Part shown: positions 22,093-38,300 of the stretch, in pieces
How the letters are laid out: each line of letters begins with the position of its first letter
Numbering within the stretch: the first letter of the stretch is position 1
IMG/VR virus record: IMGVR_UViG_3300035661_000045
Location: 1 to 64,000 of that record
DNA length: 64,000 nt
Origin: a virus
Reading direction: 5' to 3' (one strand)
Position numbers and translations under genes: made by a program
Notes under the pieces: model-generated
Told to the model about the DNA's origin: nothing
What the model saw: only the letters and a program-made list of their open reading frames with translations
Databases searched by the model: none

Positions 22093-22149
22093 TCAAGATT
22101 TATAAAAATTTGACAAAAATCAATTAAAACAATATATAAATGCTTAATT

Positions 22150-24528
22150 ATGGCAATTAAAAAGAAGTTAAATAAATTTGTAGTTCCACAAGAATATGAT
22201 CAATCAGTTATATTTGCAAGAGGTGGTAATCTATATGGAGTTGGTGATTACTTATCTATCCCAACTACCGGCGTTAATGTAACTGGCGGGCCAGATATGT
22301 CAAAGCTACTCACAGAAGCTCCGGCCAAACTTTTATCTTCCAATAAAGGTGGTGCTGCATCTTCTGGTCTTTCTGCTGCTGGAGTATTAGGAGCACTTCC
22401 TGGAGCTATGGGATTAATGAATAGTACTATTAAAGATTTTGATACTTCTGGAATTGGTAAAGAAGTTACTGGTACTAATGACATGACACGTAATGATATT
22501 TTAAATACAAACGTAAACGTAGATGCTCAACAAAAAGGATTTGGTGCTATTGCTGGAGATGCTGCAAGTGCAGCTATGGCTGGTATGCAAGTAGCTGGTC
22601 CATGAGGAGCTCTTGCTGGATTAGTTCCAATAGCTACTGGAATTTTTGGTAATCAAGCTAAAGAAGATAAAGCTAAATTAGCTGAACAACAATGAACAAA
22701 TAATTTACAAGCTAAGAATAGACAATTTCAAGGTCAAGATTTAAGAACAAGTATGGCGAATTTTAGCGCAAATGGTGGTGATTTATTCGCTTATGGGGGC
22801 AATATGAAGTCACAGTTAACTTCCTTTGATTCAGGAGGTTCGCATGAATCCAATCCAAATTCTGGTATAATGCAGGGAACTGGTGCTAATGGTCAACCAA
22901 ATCTGGTAGAACAAGGTGAAACTAAACATGATGATTATATATTTTCTGATAGACTTAAAATTAATCCTGAAATTACCAAACAATTTAAATTACCAGCAGG
23001 ATTAAATGGAAAGACATTTGCTGCTGCATCTAAATATTTAAATAAAGAAGCTAAAGAACGTCCTAATGATCCAATAAGTAATAATGCGATAAAAGCTCAA
23101 TTAGCTAAATTAACTGCTGCTCAAGAAGGTTTAAAAGAGCAAATGCAGCATCAACAGCAACAGCAAGGCATTCCAATGCAAGGACAACAGCCTATGCAAC
23201 AGAATCCTATTCAAACACAACAATTACAACAGCCACAAGGACAACAACAAGAACAACCGCAAGATAATACAATGGAAGATGGTTCACAGCAATTTAAGTT
23301 TGGCGGATACAAACCAAGCAAATCTGTTAGTGCAGATAATAAGATGGCGCTATTAATGAGTGCTGTTCAAAAAATGATTTCTCAAGGTATGTCCCAAGAA
23401 GATATTGAGATGCAACTTCAGAAAACTGGAATATCAGCAGATCAGGCAGATCAAATAGTTTTGTCAGCAATGCAACAAATGAAAGGTCAGCAACAGCCAC
23501 AATCGCAGCCACAGCAACAGGGAATACCTATGGGAGGACAGCAATTTGCTTATGGTGGAGACCAAACTCATTATCAAAATCCAACATTACAAGGCGCTAA
23601 TATAGGTGCAATGGGTGGTAATATATATGATGGAGTTCAAAATCAAACATCATTTATGAATGTTCAAGATAAAAATAGAAGTGATGTATTTACTAATACA
23701 TACGACCAAGCTCCATATATTCAATCATTACCTACGGTTCTAAATGCATTTTCACCAACTGGTTCTGCTGGTTCGAAATTTATTCAACAACAAAATCAAT
23801 TAGGTAATATAGTTGCTGGTCAAAACGCATATATGAATTCTAATTTGCAACCTAAATCATATAATAATGTTGTTAATAATAATTCTACTGACTTTTCAAG
23901 ATATGCACCAGTATTTGCAAATATAGCAACAGGAATTTCTGATATGTTTGAACAACCTGAAGTAGTTAAGTATGGTAGAATAAGTCCAGAGCATAATACA
24001 GCACACATGGATTATCAGCCAATAGATACCGAATGGATGAATAATAAAATGAATGCTACATATGCTGGAACTAGAGACCAAATGATTAATAATGCAAGTG
24101 GAAATAGAGCAATAGCAATGACTGGTTTATCTGGTATTAATCAACAGCAACAAAATGCAATAGGTGAAGCATATTTAAAGAGTCAAGATATGAATTATCA
24201 AAGACGTAATCAAGCAACTCAATTTAATGCTAGTGTTGAAGCTCAAAATGTTGCTGCACAAAATCAAGCACAACAAGCTAACCTTCAATTACAAATGCAA
24301 GAGATGGATGCTAATGCTCGTAATAGGGCTGCTAAACGCAATGCTGCAAGACAAGCTATATTAAATGCTGCAAGTAACATTGGTGATATTGGAAGAGAGA
24401 ATTGGGCTCAAAAAACTGGTGCTCAAATGACTGGATATTCAACTGATAATTCAACTGGAATAATAACATATTCAGATGGATCTAAATATAAAAGAGATTC
24501 AAATGGTAATCTAATAAAACAACAATAA
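22150..24528 (+). CDS. ejected cargo protein (C1-like; 792 aa, TGA=Trp at 22603 and 22693)
   Basis: AGP-W-GALAG hydrophobic segment, GGSHESNP and VEQGET..DDYIFSDRL motifs, repeated FAxGG motifs, Q-rich linker. Confidence 0.8.
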
Positions 24529-24529
24529 T

Positions 24530-26383
24530 ATGCCTATAAGTGCTTACGATCAAATAAATTATGCTGCATACAAACCTTTATCTACTCAAGAAATTTGAGC
24601 TCCTGGTCAGGCTATTCGAGAACAGCAAGATAAACTTTCAGAAGAATATTCTAATGCAGAGCAGATTGCTCAACAAGGATTTTCTGGATTAGATCCAACA
24701 ATAGATAAAGCTGCTATAGATACTCAAAAACAATTTATGGATCAAACTAAAGCAGCAGCAGATGAATTAGCAACTAAAGGATTCATTGATTCTGGTAGAC
24801 GTAGAAATTTATTACAATTAAAATCTATATATGCAAATCAAATAGTTCCACTACAAAATGCTTTAACTCAAAGAACTCAAAGAGCTGAAGAATATCGTAA
24901 ACTTAGTATGGATAAGAATAACATACTTGGAACTAATCCAAATGATGTATCATTAACTGACATTATTGGAAATCCAAATGCATTAAATTATAGTTTTTTA
25001 AGTGGTGCTCAAATGGCTAAAGATGTTGCTAATGAAGCTAAACCATTTGCTGATAGATTCAATAATAAAGATGTTAAAGATTATGGTGCTAAGGTTGGAT
25101 TTGATCACTTACTTGCAATAAGACAAGGAGTTGATCCGACAACAGTATTAGCCGCCATGAAAAATGATCCTAGAGTTATGGGTACTGAAGGTGGTAGAAA
25201 AGTGTATGAACAATTAGTTGGCATAGTAAATTCCGTTACTGATAGATATGGTTTGAAAAACATCGCTACTACACCAGAGGAGTATAATAGAGGTTGACAA
25301 ATAGCATCATCTGGACTATCTGAAGCTATAGGAAAGGTAACACCAATGCAAATGCATGATGATAAGGGAGCCTTTAATTACGAGCAATCATTAAAGAACA
25401 GTACAAAATCAAATCCAATTATATTTGGGAATGATATGAATACAAAAATATTTGATGAAGGATACACCATGGATGATTTAAATAATATATCTGAACTTAA
25501 AACTCCAGAATTTAATAATGATGGAAATTTCAAAAGAAAATTCAAAAGCTATTTCAATGTAATAAATAATTCGTATCTTCCAGATGTTGATTTTGGGGAA
25601 AAGTCTAGGGCAATTACAGACGCATATAGATCTGCAAATCATTTACCATCAACAATGAATGATAAATCTGTTTTTGAAAAAATGCAATCTGATATTAAAA
25701 CAAAAGATTTATTGATAAACAAAGCTAAACAACATAATTATACTCCAATAGTAGATGTTCAGACTGGAAAGCAAATATTATCTACATTATTTTCTAATAT
25801 ACCATCTGCTGAATTCGTTGATTACACATCAGATTATAAGGGAGATTCTTCGACTGGAATAGACTATACAACAATAGCAAAAAGATCTGGATTTTCTAGT
25901 GGACAACAATTATTAGATTATATGGATAAACATCCAGAATTAATATCAAAGAATAATACAGATGGTAGATTTATGATGCAAATACCATCTAATGTTAATG
26001 GTGTTGATAAACAGGGAAATCTTACATTTAAAAATGATGTACCAGAATTTAAACACATAGGATTTGTTGATACAAACTCTCACAAAGTAAGTGTTAATGC
26101 TATTAGTAAAGTTAGAGAAAGAGAATCTGAAGGTAAACAAGACGAAGTAGAGGTGGCGTCTAGACAAGTTCAAAATAATGGAAGAATTTATACAATTAAA
26201 TCATTTCATGATGGAAAGTCTAAAAAAATCATAGAACAATTATATGATAGTAATGGGAATAAAATTAAAACTCAAGAAGAATCTGTTGATGGATTTATAA
26301 ATGATGAAAATCAAAATATATATCATGGAGAGATTTTAAATGCATACCAAATAGCACATCAAAAAGATAATAAATCAGAATAA
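24530..26383 (+). CDS. ejected cargo protein (617 aa, TGA=Trp at 24596 and 25295)
   Basis: Fragments are in one frame from ATG 24530 (YKPLSTQEI-W-AP). Lies between C1 and the vRNAP. Confidence 0.7.
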
Positions 26384-26384
26384 T

Positions 26385-29300
26385 ATGAATTTATACGATA
26401 AAACACTTGGATTAGATGTTGAACCTATTGGAGATTTGAAATATAGTAATCCAAACATAGTAAAAGATCCATCTGAATTTGGACAATTAAAGATAAATAA
26501 CTACAAAAATCAATGAAGAACTGATCCAACAATGCAAGAAAATGTTGGACAATTCTTTAATAATCAAGATGTAAATGATAAATATCTTAATAGAGAAAAT
26601 ATTACATCTGGAGATTTAAATGATCTTAATGAAGTTCAATATAGAAATCAAACAACTGGAGAAGCGTGGAGAAATGGATTTGTAAGTAGGGCTTTATCGG
26701 TAATTCCAAAAACATTAAATATGCCAGGAGTTGTTGGTGGTCTTGCTGCTAGTATAGGGGACTATTTAGTAAATACCATTGATCCAGATAAAAAAAGTAA
26801 TTGGGCCGAATCATTAGATCATACATACAATAACTTCTGGGTAAATGCAATGAATGATATTGATACTGGTCTTAGAAATGCTATGCCTGTTTATGGAAGT
26901 AAAAATAATTATGGATCTCCAAGTTTATTAAAAAATATGAGTTCTGCTAAATTCTGGGCAGATGATATGTTGGATGGTCTTGCATTTACTGCATCTGCTA
27001 TGATTCCTGGAGCTGGTATAGCTAAAGGTCTTCAAGCATTAGAATTGGCTGGAAAAGCTAGTGGTATATTTAAGGGCGCCACTGTATTAGCTAATTTAGG
27101 CAAAACAGCAGAAGCATTGACAGAAGCTCAGAAAGCAGCAAAGGGAGTTGATTTTCTTACTGAAGCATTAACAACTGGAGTTAATACAATTAACGAGTCT
27201 GCACTTGAAGCTTATGGAGCTGTAAAGGGGTTGGATGAAAATCAATCCAAACAAACCTTATTGCAAAATGATCCATTATTAAATAAAAGTGCAACAAGAA
27301 TATCTCAATTAGAAAAACAATATGACTCACTACCAAATGAACTTCCAGTTACGACAAGTGAAGGTGTTGTAATACCGACAAAAAAAATGCTTTTAGCCAA
27401 GCAAATAGAAGAAGAATCTGCTAGTTTAGAAAGTAATTTAAATGATAAATGGAAAGAACTAAAAGGTAAAGTTGGATTAAATGTTTTTAATTGAAATAAT
27501 GTAGTTCTTCTTGCTCCGGATTATCTTCAATCAAAATTATTTACAAAATCATTTGGGGAAGCAGAAAAAGTTATAGATAGAATTACTAAGGATGGTGGAA
27601 AAAGTGCAATTGTAGGGTCTTTATTAAAAAATGCAGCAAAAGAATTTGGTATTGGAACTTTACGTGAAGGTTTCTGGGAGGAAAATGTTCAATCTGCAAT
27701 ATCCAACTATTACCAAAGTCAATTATATAATAAAAGACAAATAGACAAAGATGATATAAGTTTTGTAGATAATCTTCTTAAATTTGGAAGTGACGATTTA
27801 AAAGATATATCATCTAGTATGGGTCAAAACGCATTAGATTTATTTGAAGGTAAGAGTACTGATGGTACTAGATCTATATTTCTTGGTGCTGCATCTGGAG
27901 GATTAACATCATCTGTATTTGGGGCACAACAACAATTTCATGATAATAAAAATGCTAAATTAGAAGAAGCTAAATGAAATGAAGTAAAAAATTGGTCTAA
28001 TCAAGCAACATCTATGTTTTATGATGGGTATAAAGATATTCTAGATAAAGATGGAAACGTCTCTATGGAGAATATGATCAAAACACTTACATATACAAAT
28101 CAGAATAAATCATCAATAGATAAAGATCAAATGTCATTACTAACAGGTAATAATGTTGTTGGGTCTTTACTTAAAAATGATGAGTTAGCCAAACGGTTTT
28201 ATCAACAAATAGCTGAATTAAAAAAAGGTAAATTTAATAGTCAGGAAGAAGCAGTAGAAGTATTAAAGAATAATATAGAGCAATTAAAATCAGGAGAAAA
28301 TGCAGATGAGGATACGGCCAAAAATGTAGATTTCTTTTTATCTAAGATTGATAATTTATCAGAAAATTGGACTAAGGCTAGTAAACAAATAGATTCAATA
28401 ATAGATAATAAAGATGAAAACTCAAAACTTCATCAAGATCTATTAACTAAAACATTATTCTTTGGAATGAATAAGATTAATGAGATTGATTCTATATTAA
28501 AAGAAAATGAAGGTAAAATTTCAGATAAGCAGAAACAATCACTTGAAGATTTAAAAACCTCTATATCTAATTCCATGGAATTATTTAAAACTCAAGATAG
28601 TTTAAAAAACATGTCTGATGAGTTTACTCGTTCTGCAAATTTATCAACAGAATTTAGAAATAGGGCTAATGAAGAATTAAAAAAACCAGAAGCTGAAAGA
28701 GATAATAATTTAATAAATAGTTTAGAATATCAAGCAAATGAATTAGATGATATATCTGGCCTAATTGCTGATGAAAATAATAAAACATTTAATTCTACCT
28801 ATGGATTTGATTCATTCAAGATGTCTTTAAGTCCTACAGATGTAATAAATAGAAGTAAACTTGGTATTAGAGATAGATATTTCTATGATATCGGAATGGA
28901 TGCTATATCTAAAAATAGATTGAATGATATTCTTACTAATAAGGATTCTTCAATAGATGATATAGTGTCATTTGTAAAAAGTGATTCTATGCACTATATA
29001 AATGAGTCTGATAAAGATAGAATTAAAAAAGCACTAGAAGTGCGATTAAATAAAATTGAAGATACATCTGAAGCTAAGAATGATTTAGATAAATTAATGA
29101 AAAATGCTGGATTAGAGTTTAATGATATGGATATGATTGTAAAATCAAAAGATATTAAACCTACTCCAGAATATGAAGCTAAAACTAAAGAAGAAAAGGT
29201 AGAGTATCTTAAGTTTATTAATTCATTAAATGATGAAATAAATAACTCTGGAGATAGACTTAAACAATCAATGAAATTAGTCGATGAAGTTGATAAAGTT

Positions 29301-32300
29301 TATTCTAATAGAGATACAGAAAGAACTGAATATTTAGGTTCTGAAGAAAATGCACATAAAGATAGTTTTGTAACAAATCTTCGAAAAAGAATAGCTAATG
29401 AATTTCTTAATAAGACTCAGGCATTATCAAAAAATATAAGTGAAGATGATTCATTTTCAAATACTGATTTATTAAATAAATTAATTAAAGAATTAAACAA
29501 TAGAATTAGCGTCTTTAATAATAGTGAATTTCACAAAGATTTAATTCCTGGATATTCAGATAAATTAGTAAAACTTAGAGATGAGATAGAGTCATATAAG
29601 GTTAAAGCCGATTTAAATAAAAACAATAAATCAGCATTAGATGAACGTATTAAACGCGATAATAATAATTCCCATATGAATGCGTTAGGTTTATCTTTAG
29701 ATGGTACAAAAGTATCAATTATGGATAAAAGTCTTACAGATGCTATTAAATCAATTGTAGGAGATGCTTTATGGAATGAATTAATATCAGGCTTAGAAAC
29801 TGATGGTAAATTAGGAGACTCTATCTTTGTGGATAGATTTATGTCAAAACTATCAGAAGATAATAAATTAAAGGTTGTTGATGTTGTAAGTAAAAATAAC
29901 GATATAGTTAAATCTGAATTAAATGATATATTCAATTCATATATTGATAACAACGTAAATAAATCTAAAGAAAAATTAGTTCAAAAGAATTATTTATCAT
30001 CATTCTTAGATAATCCCGAAAGATGTTTGTTTGGATTGTTCTCAAGATTAAAAAGCGATGGCAAGACAATACTTAAAGTTTCAACAGAGAAATCCACTAA
30101 CAATAAAAAAAGTATTCTTGATAAATTCTTAGTAGACAATAACCTTGAATTATTCTTAGAGAATGTAGAATTGGATACAACTGAGTTGAGTATATCTAAT
30201 AAAAAGTTTATTAAAGGACTTCTTGAGAGATTAATTAAAGTTAGAAATTCTGCAATAATATCTGAATCATTATCAACAAGTTCTAATATGAAGAATTTTG
30301 TTGAGACTGAAGAAAAGTTAGCTAAAGAAAATCAGGGTGGTATAGCTCCATCAAATCAACAAAGAGATGTTATTAAACGAATATTTAAGTGGTTTGGTTT
30401 AAACGATGTTGATAAAGCTAATGGATATTCTTCTATATTATTATGCAATGGAATAGCTGGTACTGGTAAAACTACTGTTATAGCAAAACTATTATTCAAA
30501 ATACTTTCAAGAACAGATAATATTGATGTAAATAAAAATGTTACAGTTGTAGGTAGTAATAGAAATATAGCTGAATCATTGGCTAAAAATATATCTAAGA
30601 AGAATGATTCTGGAGTGTATAATTTTGAAGAATTTTTATCAAGTGCAATTAGTTCTGATTCTAAAATCATAGTATTTGATGAAATAGGTACTCTTGATTT
30701 AAATGACATTAATAGACTTAAAGAAAAGATTGAAGATATTAATAAAAATAGAGATCAAAAGAATTTAATAAAAGTCCTAGGTCTTGGAGACCCCAATCAA
30801 GTTAGAGATACAACTTCTGATATAAAATCATTTTTTGTAGAGCAGATACCTGACTCTTCATTTGAATCTAGCAAAATAAAATCATTACCGTCATTAATAG
30901 TTCAGTACAGAAGTGATATTGATGCAATAAATGATGCTGCTGATGCTTTTAGCGGAAGATCTACTTATCCTAAATTTGTAATAGCTAAAGCTAATACGGA
31001 GTTAGATTCTATTAAAGAAGATCCAAAGGGAGTTCATGCTGTAAAATCATTAGAACAATTTGCCAAAAGGATTTCTATTGCATTAAAAGGTAATAGAGAT
31101 GGGGGTAGAGTTACTATTGGATATAATACTGATAGCGAGTTAGCAGATTTAAAATCTGCAATAAGCGCAGAAGATCAATCTAAGTGTGATTTCAAACACT
31201 TTACAGATATACAAGGAAGTACTCTTGATCAAATATTTATATACGTACTAAAAGGTGGAGTTATAAATCCAGTACAAGGTGGCGTGTCCGAGGTTGTTAA
31301 GTCTAGATATAATGCTATAATGTATATGTTATTGTCAAGACCCAAGGAATATGCTTGCGTATATAATGAAGACAATACATTTACACAAGAAGTAGACTCG
31401 TTCTCGATGGAAAGTAAGACTACTAAGAATGTAGAGCAAATGCTTAAAGCTAAAGAGCAATACACTAATACTGTAAGTTCTGAGTCTGCAATTATGGATA
31501 ACAAAAAAACTACTTCAAATAAAACTACATCACCAAAAGAAGATACCGTAGAACCAATAATAGTTCCAACAGAAACTACAAAAGATGATGAAGATTTTGA
31601 GCAGAAAGATTTTGATGATGAAGAAGAAGATGCTACTAAAGAGATTGAAAAGATTGAAAAGATAAAATCTGAAATAAATAAAAAAGCTGAAGAAGCAGAG
31701 GCGAAGCAACAGGAAGAGTCCAAGAAAGAGTTAATAAGCGATGATGAATTAAATCCAAATACAGAGCATATCTCAATAGAAAACACTACCAGTGATACTA
31801 TTAAATCATCTGGTATAAAAGCTGGAGATGAATTAACTGTAAATAAAATGACTTCTAAAGGCAAAACTATATGGGGTCTATTTGCTAAAGTTGGGGATGT
31901 ATATCATCATGTAGCCAGTTTAAGCATTAAAGAGGCTTTGGCTCTTGGATTGCAAGAATCTAATTTCGGAAAAGGTTCTATAATACAAAATTTTGATGGT
32001 ATTTATAAATCTAAAGATGTTGAAAATACATTTGCTTTAAAAGATGGTAATCAAATTAAAGTGGTTGTATCAAAAGACCCGACTACACTTACTATAAAAT
32101 ATGATCAAAATTCACCCATGTCAGGAAGTGGCTTTATCAGTAATGTAATAGCCTCTATGGCAGTTGCGTTTAATAAAGTAAAAGAAGGTTCAACTGTTCA
32201 GATGTTCCTTCCTACAATCAAAAATATGGGGCCTGGACAAGAGCATGCAGACTTACCATTAAAACTTGGAATACCTTATTTAATCATAAAGTTTAATGGA

Positions 32301-35300
32301 CTCAAAAAAATGTATGTTAGGTTAGAACCTAAAACTTTTAATTCTGAATCTTCTTGGAATACATTTAGTGGAAAGAATGCATATAATGTTTTAAAATCAT
32401 TTACCAATGGCGTTGAAGCAATTGAAAATTGATTTTCTAATAATGGCATTTCAACCAAATTTGGTGATTTAGATTTTGGGATATTAATTAACCTTATTGC
32501 ACAATCAAAATATATAGCCAAAAATAGTGATAATACAATATCATTTGTAAATCAAGATGAAAATTCATTTGAAAAATTATTAACAGATAGTCCAATTACA
32601 CAGCGTATTGAAAATATGTTTGGTAATGATATAAATAAGTTTAAGAATTTTATCAAAGAAAACGAACAATCTATTGAGGACATAATTAATGCTCACTATA
32701 ATGTTGAAGATAAAGCATCTGAAGTTAAATTAGATCAAAATGCTGAAGATGAATATGGTTTTTCAGATTCATTAGATAACTTTGACTCAAAGATAACTAA
32801 ACTTGCATCTGTATTTAGTTCGATTTTAAAAGGCATTCCAATTAAATCTATAAATGAAGATTTTGTTAGAGAACAATTTGGTATAACCAATATAGATGAT
32901 ATTACTGAATTTATAAAGATATTCAAGAAAATTAATATTGATGAAGCATTTAGATTAACTAATTTATGTTCGGATGCATTTAGAAATAATAAATTATTTT
33001 CAAAAGGAGCTTCAGAAAATATAGATGCAAATAATAAGACCGATGTTCGTAATATAAGAGAATTATTTAAAATAATATTAAAAGACAATAGAATTCTTGG
33101 AGTTCAAAATACAACTCAATATGAATGACTTCCAGAGATAGAAGATGGTAAAGATAGAGATGGTAAAACTAAATATAAAAAACATGTTGTAGTTGCCAGA
33201 AATGTTAATGAAGCAAATGTAAGAGATGTCAAGAAAGATGTAGTTGTTACTTCTAAGAAGATTGGTTATAGACATAGTGATATTCAGTCTGTATTAAACA
33301 ATATAGTACTAGCTAATAAATCCATCAATAATAAAAATTTTAGAACAAATAGAACTTTAGCTGAAATTAAAAATGGTAGTTCAAACAAAACTAAAAAGTC
33401 TGTATCAGTTATGAATACAGACTCAGATTTTTTTGTTGATAAAAATGCAGAAGCATTTGATAAAACTATTGATATAAGTTCAGATAAAAAAATTAATGAA
33501 AATTTAGATGCTATTAAAGCTAATTCTGAAAGTTATACATATAGACTTGATGATTTAAAATATCTGTTAGATAATAACAATAAAATCAAACGTAATATAG
33601 ATGCTAATGAAGTTTCAGATGCAAACAAATCAGATAATTTTGACAAAATGGAAGATTTGACTACAACTAACTTTAATGGAGTTACCAGTACATCGCTAAT
33701 TGTTACTAATGGTAAATCTAAATTAGAGTCAAATGAAACTATAAAATCTGAAGTTAAAAAAACTGAAAAACCAATAGATGAAGTTGCTGATATAGATGAT
33801 TTATTACTTGAGAAAGATACTGAATCAAAACAATTAGTTGGTAAAGAAATTAAAATTAATTCTGCATTAGATTATCTAAAAAGATTGTTTCCGACAGAAT
33901 CAGAAGATGTATTTAAATTTCTAGAAGCTGTTAGAAGTGGTGATAAAAATGTTTTTGGTAGATTTGTAAATGGTATTATTGAAGTTGAAAAAGCTTCATC
34001 TGATACTGTATATGAAAATATTGTTAGACATGAGGCATTTCATAAAGTATGGAATGAATTTTTAACTCAAGAACAACGCAATTCAATTGTTGAATCTTAT
34101 TTAAATACACTTACAGAACAGCAAGAGAAAGAGCAGGGCTTATTTGGGCTTCCATTAGAACAATTATCTAAGATACTTGAAGAAAAGATAGCTAGAAAAT
34201 ATCAAGCATATAATAAAAATCAAGATAAGAATTATGGTTTTATGCAGAAATCTCTATTATATCTTAAAGATGTATTTAGTAGATTAAAAACAATGCTTAC
34301 TGGGCGTGCATCTGACATAGAACATTATTTTAATTTAATTGATGGTGGATATTTTAATAGTCAATTTGCAAACTTTAGAGGAACTCGTGGATATTATGGT
34401 ATTCAAGAAGATTTTGGAACTGTTGATAATTATATAATAGCTAAACAAAAAGTTGCTGATATATTTGCACATATATCTTCTCTTGGTAGAAATGGTAGTT
34501 TTATTCCATTTTCAGAAACAGAGATTAATGATTCTTTATTGGCTACAGTTAAATCTTTACTTGCAAAAACTAATAATATTGTATCTAAAATGGATGTTAA
34601 AAATCTATCAGAACAAGATAAAATTAATTATAACAAGTATTTAAAGAACATAGAAGCTTATGAGTCTTTATTGAGGACTAATAATGGAACTAGATTTCCA
34701 GTATTAGTTAAGATGTTAAATGAAATACTTCCTGGTCGTAGTGAGAATTCTATTATAAATAATAATTGAGAAATTGTTAGGGATGGAAATGAATTAAATA
34801 TGGATGATATTGAAGAAGATTCTGATGTTAAGACTGAAAATTCTGAGGGTACAGTATTGTCACCATTTGCGGTTAATTCAAATGAGGTTAATCAAGAAAC
34901 TAAATTATTTGCAAAAATAAAACATTTTTTGATGACTATAAAAAATCTTAATGGTGATTTTATAAATAACAGATATGCATTTATTAGGGTGTTTCAACTA
35001 ATGGAAGGACTTAATAATGATTTAAATTCAAATTCCAAATTGAATATAATGGATCAGATTGCTGCTGTTTTATCTAAAAGTATTACTAAATCAAAAACTC
35101 TTAATGCAGTAGAATTAGAATCTCAATATGGAAATCGTTCTGATGTAGCTATATTCTCAAAACTTAAAGAAATTTATGAATTAGCATCTGCTATTAATTA
35201 TCCATCATTTATATCTAATTCCAATAAGGATTTAGTGAATGTTCCTATTAGAAATGACATTAAAGTATTTTTAGATAAAAATGGAGATATATCTACAATT

Positions 35301-38300
35301 GCATATTCTAAAGATGGTTCTGAAATAAAAGAAAATTCATTAATAGATATAAATAATAATAATAAAATATCTATTATAGAGAAGATTAATGGTGAGAATC
35401 AAAAGGAATTTGCTGAAAGAGCATTTAAATCTACTTTTGGATATAATGAAAAATCCAATATAGTCGAGATGTCTGCTATTATGCATAGAGAATTAGCTCG
35501 TAATAAATGGGTAGAAATACAAAATACATTTAATTCATTAAAGGAGGAAAGACTCAAAATTGTAAAGAATAAGAATGATAATAATAATATGACCATCTCA
35601 TCAATAGATGGTCAATCATCTTCTAAGAATATAACACTAATTGGTGCTTTAAAGAATAAAATATCAAATAAGTTTAAAACAATAGAAGATTTTAAATCAT
35701 TTATATCTGAAGATAAAAAATTCAGTGATCCATCAATTTATGATAGTGTAAAAAACGATGTAGAAAAAACAAAAGAATATGTTCTTGACTTTCTAAATAA
35801 AATTGGGATTACAAATATAAAAAATATTTCTGGTAGTGATATTAAATATGCTGATTTAAGAAATAATATATATAATTTCATGCGTACAAACGCATTATCT
35901 GCAATAGAAAAAATTGAAGCCAGTAATAAATCATCTGAATTTGATGATAGTTCAAATTTATTAAATGATGACCTGAGAATGTCAGATGAATATATTGAAA
36001 AATTATTTGAAGATGAAGGTGGTATTTTAGATTCTATATCAGACTTGGTAAATCCAGAAGATAATCAAAGTGTTAGTTCTACATATAGGGATGCAAAAGG
36101 TAAGAGATTGTATATGACAGTTCCTACATCATTTGCAAGTAAGATATTTAAACAGTTAGGAATGATGAAATTATTTTCAAAATTCATTAATTTACCACAA
36201 TATCTTAATACTGAATTTATGAAAAATAACATTATACAAAAAGGTCTTCAAGAGATTTATACATTTAAAATGCATAGTGGTATTTTAAATACAAGTAAAT
36301 ACACCGATGATTCAGTTGTTGAATACGATGGAGAAGGATTTTCTCAGTTTGTATTGAGAACATTCTTAGCTGACTTTTTATCAAACTTTAAGAAATCCAA
36401 AAAGAATGGTGAATATACCTATGAACAACCAATATATGTAAAATCCAACAGAAAAGATTCTCAATCAGCAAAAGTAAATGTATTATCATCTAACAATATA
36501 TTGGAAACTATATTTCCTACTATATTTAACCAGATGATGAAACAAAATATATCCGATGAATCAAGATGGGAAAATTATAGTGTTGATTCATTTGTAAACA
36601 TGAAAAGATTAGAAGGTGCATTAAGAGATGTGATTGGTGAAAACTATAAAAATATTTTTAGAGAGATGCTTTCTAAAAAACAATCTTTTTCAGATTTTAC
36701 ATCAGAACAACAATCTGCAATTAAGGAAAATATAAGAAAACAATTTGAAGATGAATCTAAATTGGTAGCTAAAAAGATTATAAATGAAAACATACAATTT
36801 GATGCTAAGACAAAAGATATAATCAAAAATCTTCTTATATTTAATGGTATGTCAGAAGTTGATGCAAAAGGAATTATTAAAGATTTTTCTGAAAATCAAT
36901 CCAAGAACAATAATGCAAAAACTAATAATACTGGAGTTTATTCTAACAAGCCAGAGATGTTTGAAAAAGCTCTTGAATTATTCTTAATGAATAACTACGT
37001 TAATTCATATGCAGTTACACAATTAGTAACATCAAATAATAATTTCTTTAAAGATGGAACATCATTATTAAAACGTATGTCTGTTGTATTTGGTCCTGGA
37101 TTATCTCCTACGGTTGGTGATTTGGGAATGAGACCAACAGCTAAAGTATTAGTAATAGATGATGTAGATTACAAACCATCAGATAGAGCAGCAATGATGA
37201 ATGTAGCTGGTTTTTCTAAAAGTGATATAGATGCAGTATTAGAAAAGGGAGGTGATGGCGTAACTGAATATGCAGATGGACAAGGATTTATAACTCCTAA
37301 ACGTCATGAAGAATTAACTCGTGGTTATGGTGCTTCATATAAATTATCAACAGTAGGTAAGCCATTATGGTACACTATTGATGATAATGGAGTTCCTCAT
37401 GCAATTAAATATTCATGAGTAGAACTTACAGATCAATTAGTAAAAGATAATCCTCAATTAGCTAATTTAAGAGATAATATGGATTCTCATGATATTGGTG
37501 AGGCTGTATTTAAATCAGCAGTTAAAGTTGGTATTCCTAAAGGCACACACACATGGGAAGAAGCAACTTCAAGTAATTTAAATGTAAATAATTCATCTAC
37601 TATGACACTTAAAAACGCTGATTATAGATTACAATTAAATCCAGCACATGACTTTGGTGAAAATCATGTATCAATTCCTACACAATTAATGTATATGCTT
37701 AATATATATCATGGTAATGAAGAAAGAGCTATGAATTCATATGGTGCATATAATAATATTATTAAATTAGGATTATCTACCCTGATGGATTCTTTATCAA
37801 ATAAAGGTGTTCTTAGTGAATCTAAGATATCTAAAATGGTATTAAGGAAATTAAGGGGTTCTAATTCTGCTGAAATTGAGGCAGAAATGTTTTCCAATGG
37901 TATATCGCAAGATTTTCCAACATTAAGTGATAAAATAGTTAGTCAAATAGCGTCTTTATTTTCAAAAAATACTATATCTACCAAATTCATGGGTGGAAAG
38001 ACTGTTTTACAAGCTTCTGTTGGCGTTAGAAATAGAGAGGGTAATGAATTATCATATAGTACGGAGAATATTAATGGTAAACGTCATACAATTTCTGAAG
38101 CTTTAATTACTCGTGATATGGCTCAAAAGACATTACCAAAAGAAGTATTTGATTATTTAGATGAATTCTTTTCTAATCCAGAAAATAATGGTAAATCTCC
38201 AAAGGTTGCTATTGTTGGTGGTGATATGTTAGGGTTTCGTATTCCATCATCCGAAATACATAGTGCTGTTGCACTTAAAATTGAAGGATGATTTGAAGGT

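Noticed and set aside
23080-23545. CAA/CAG-rich repeats (also 15671-15696)
   Set aside because: These encode low-complexity Gln-rich linkers within proteins, not a DNA repeat element.
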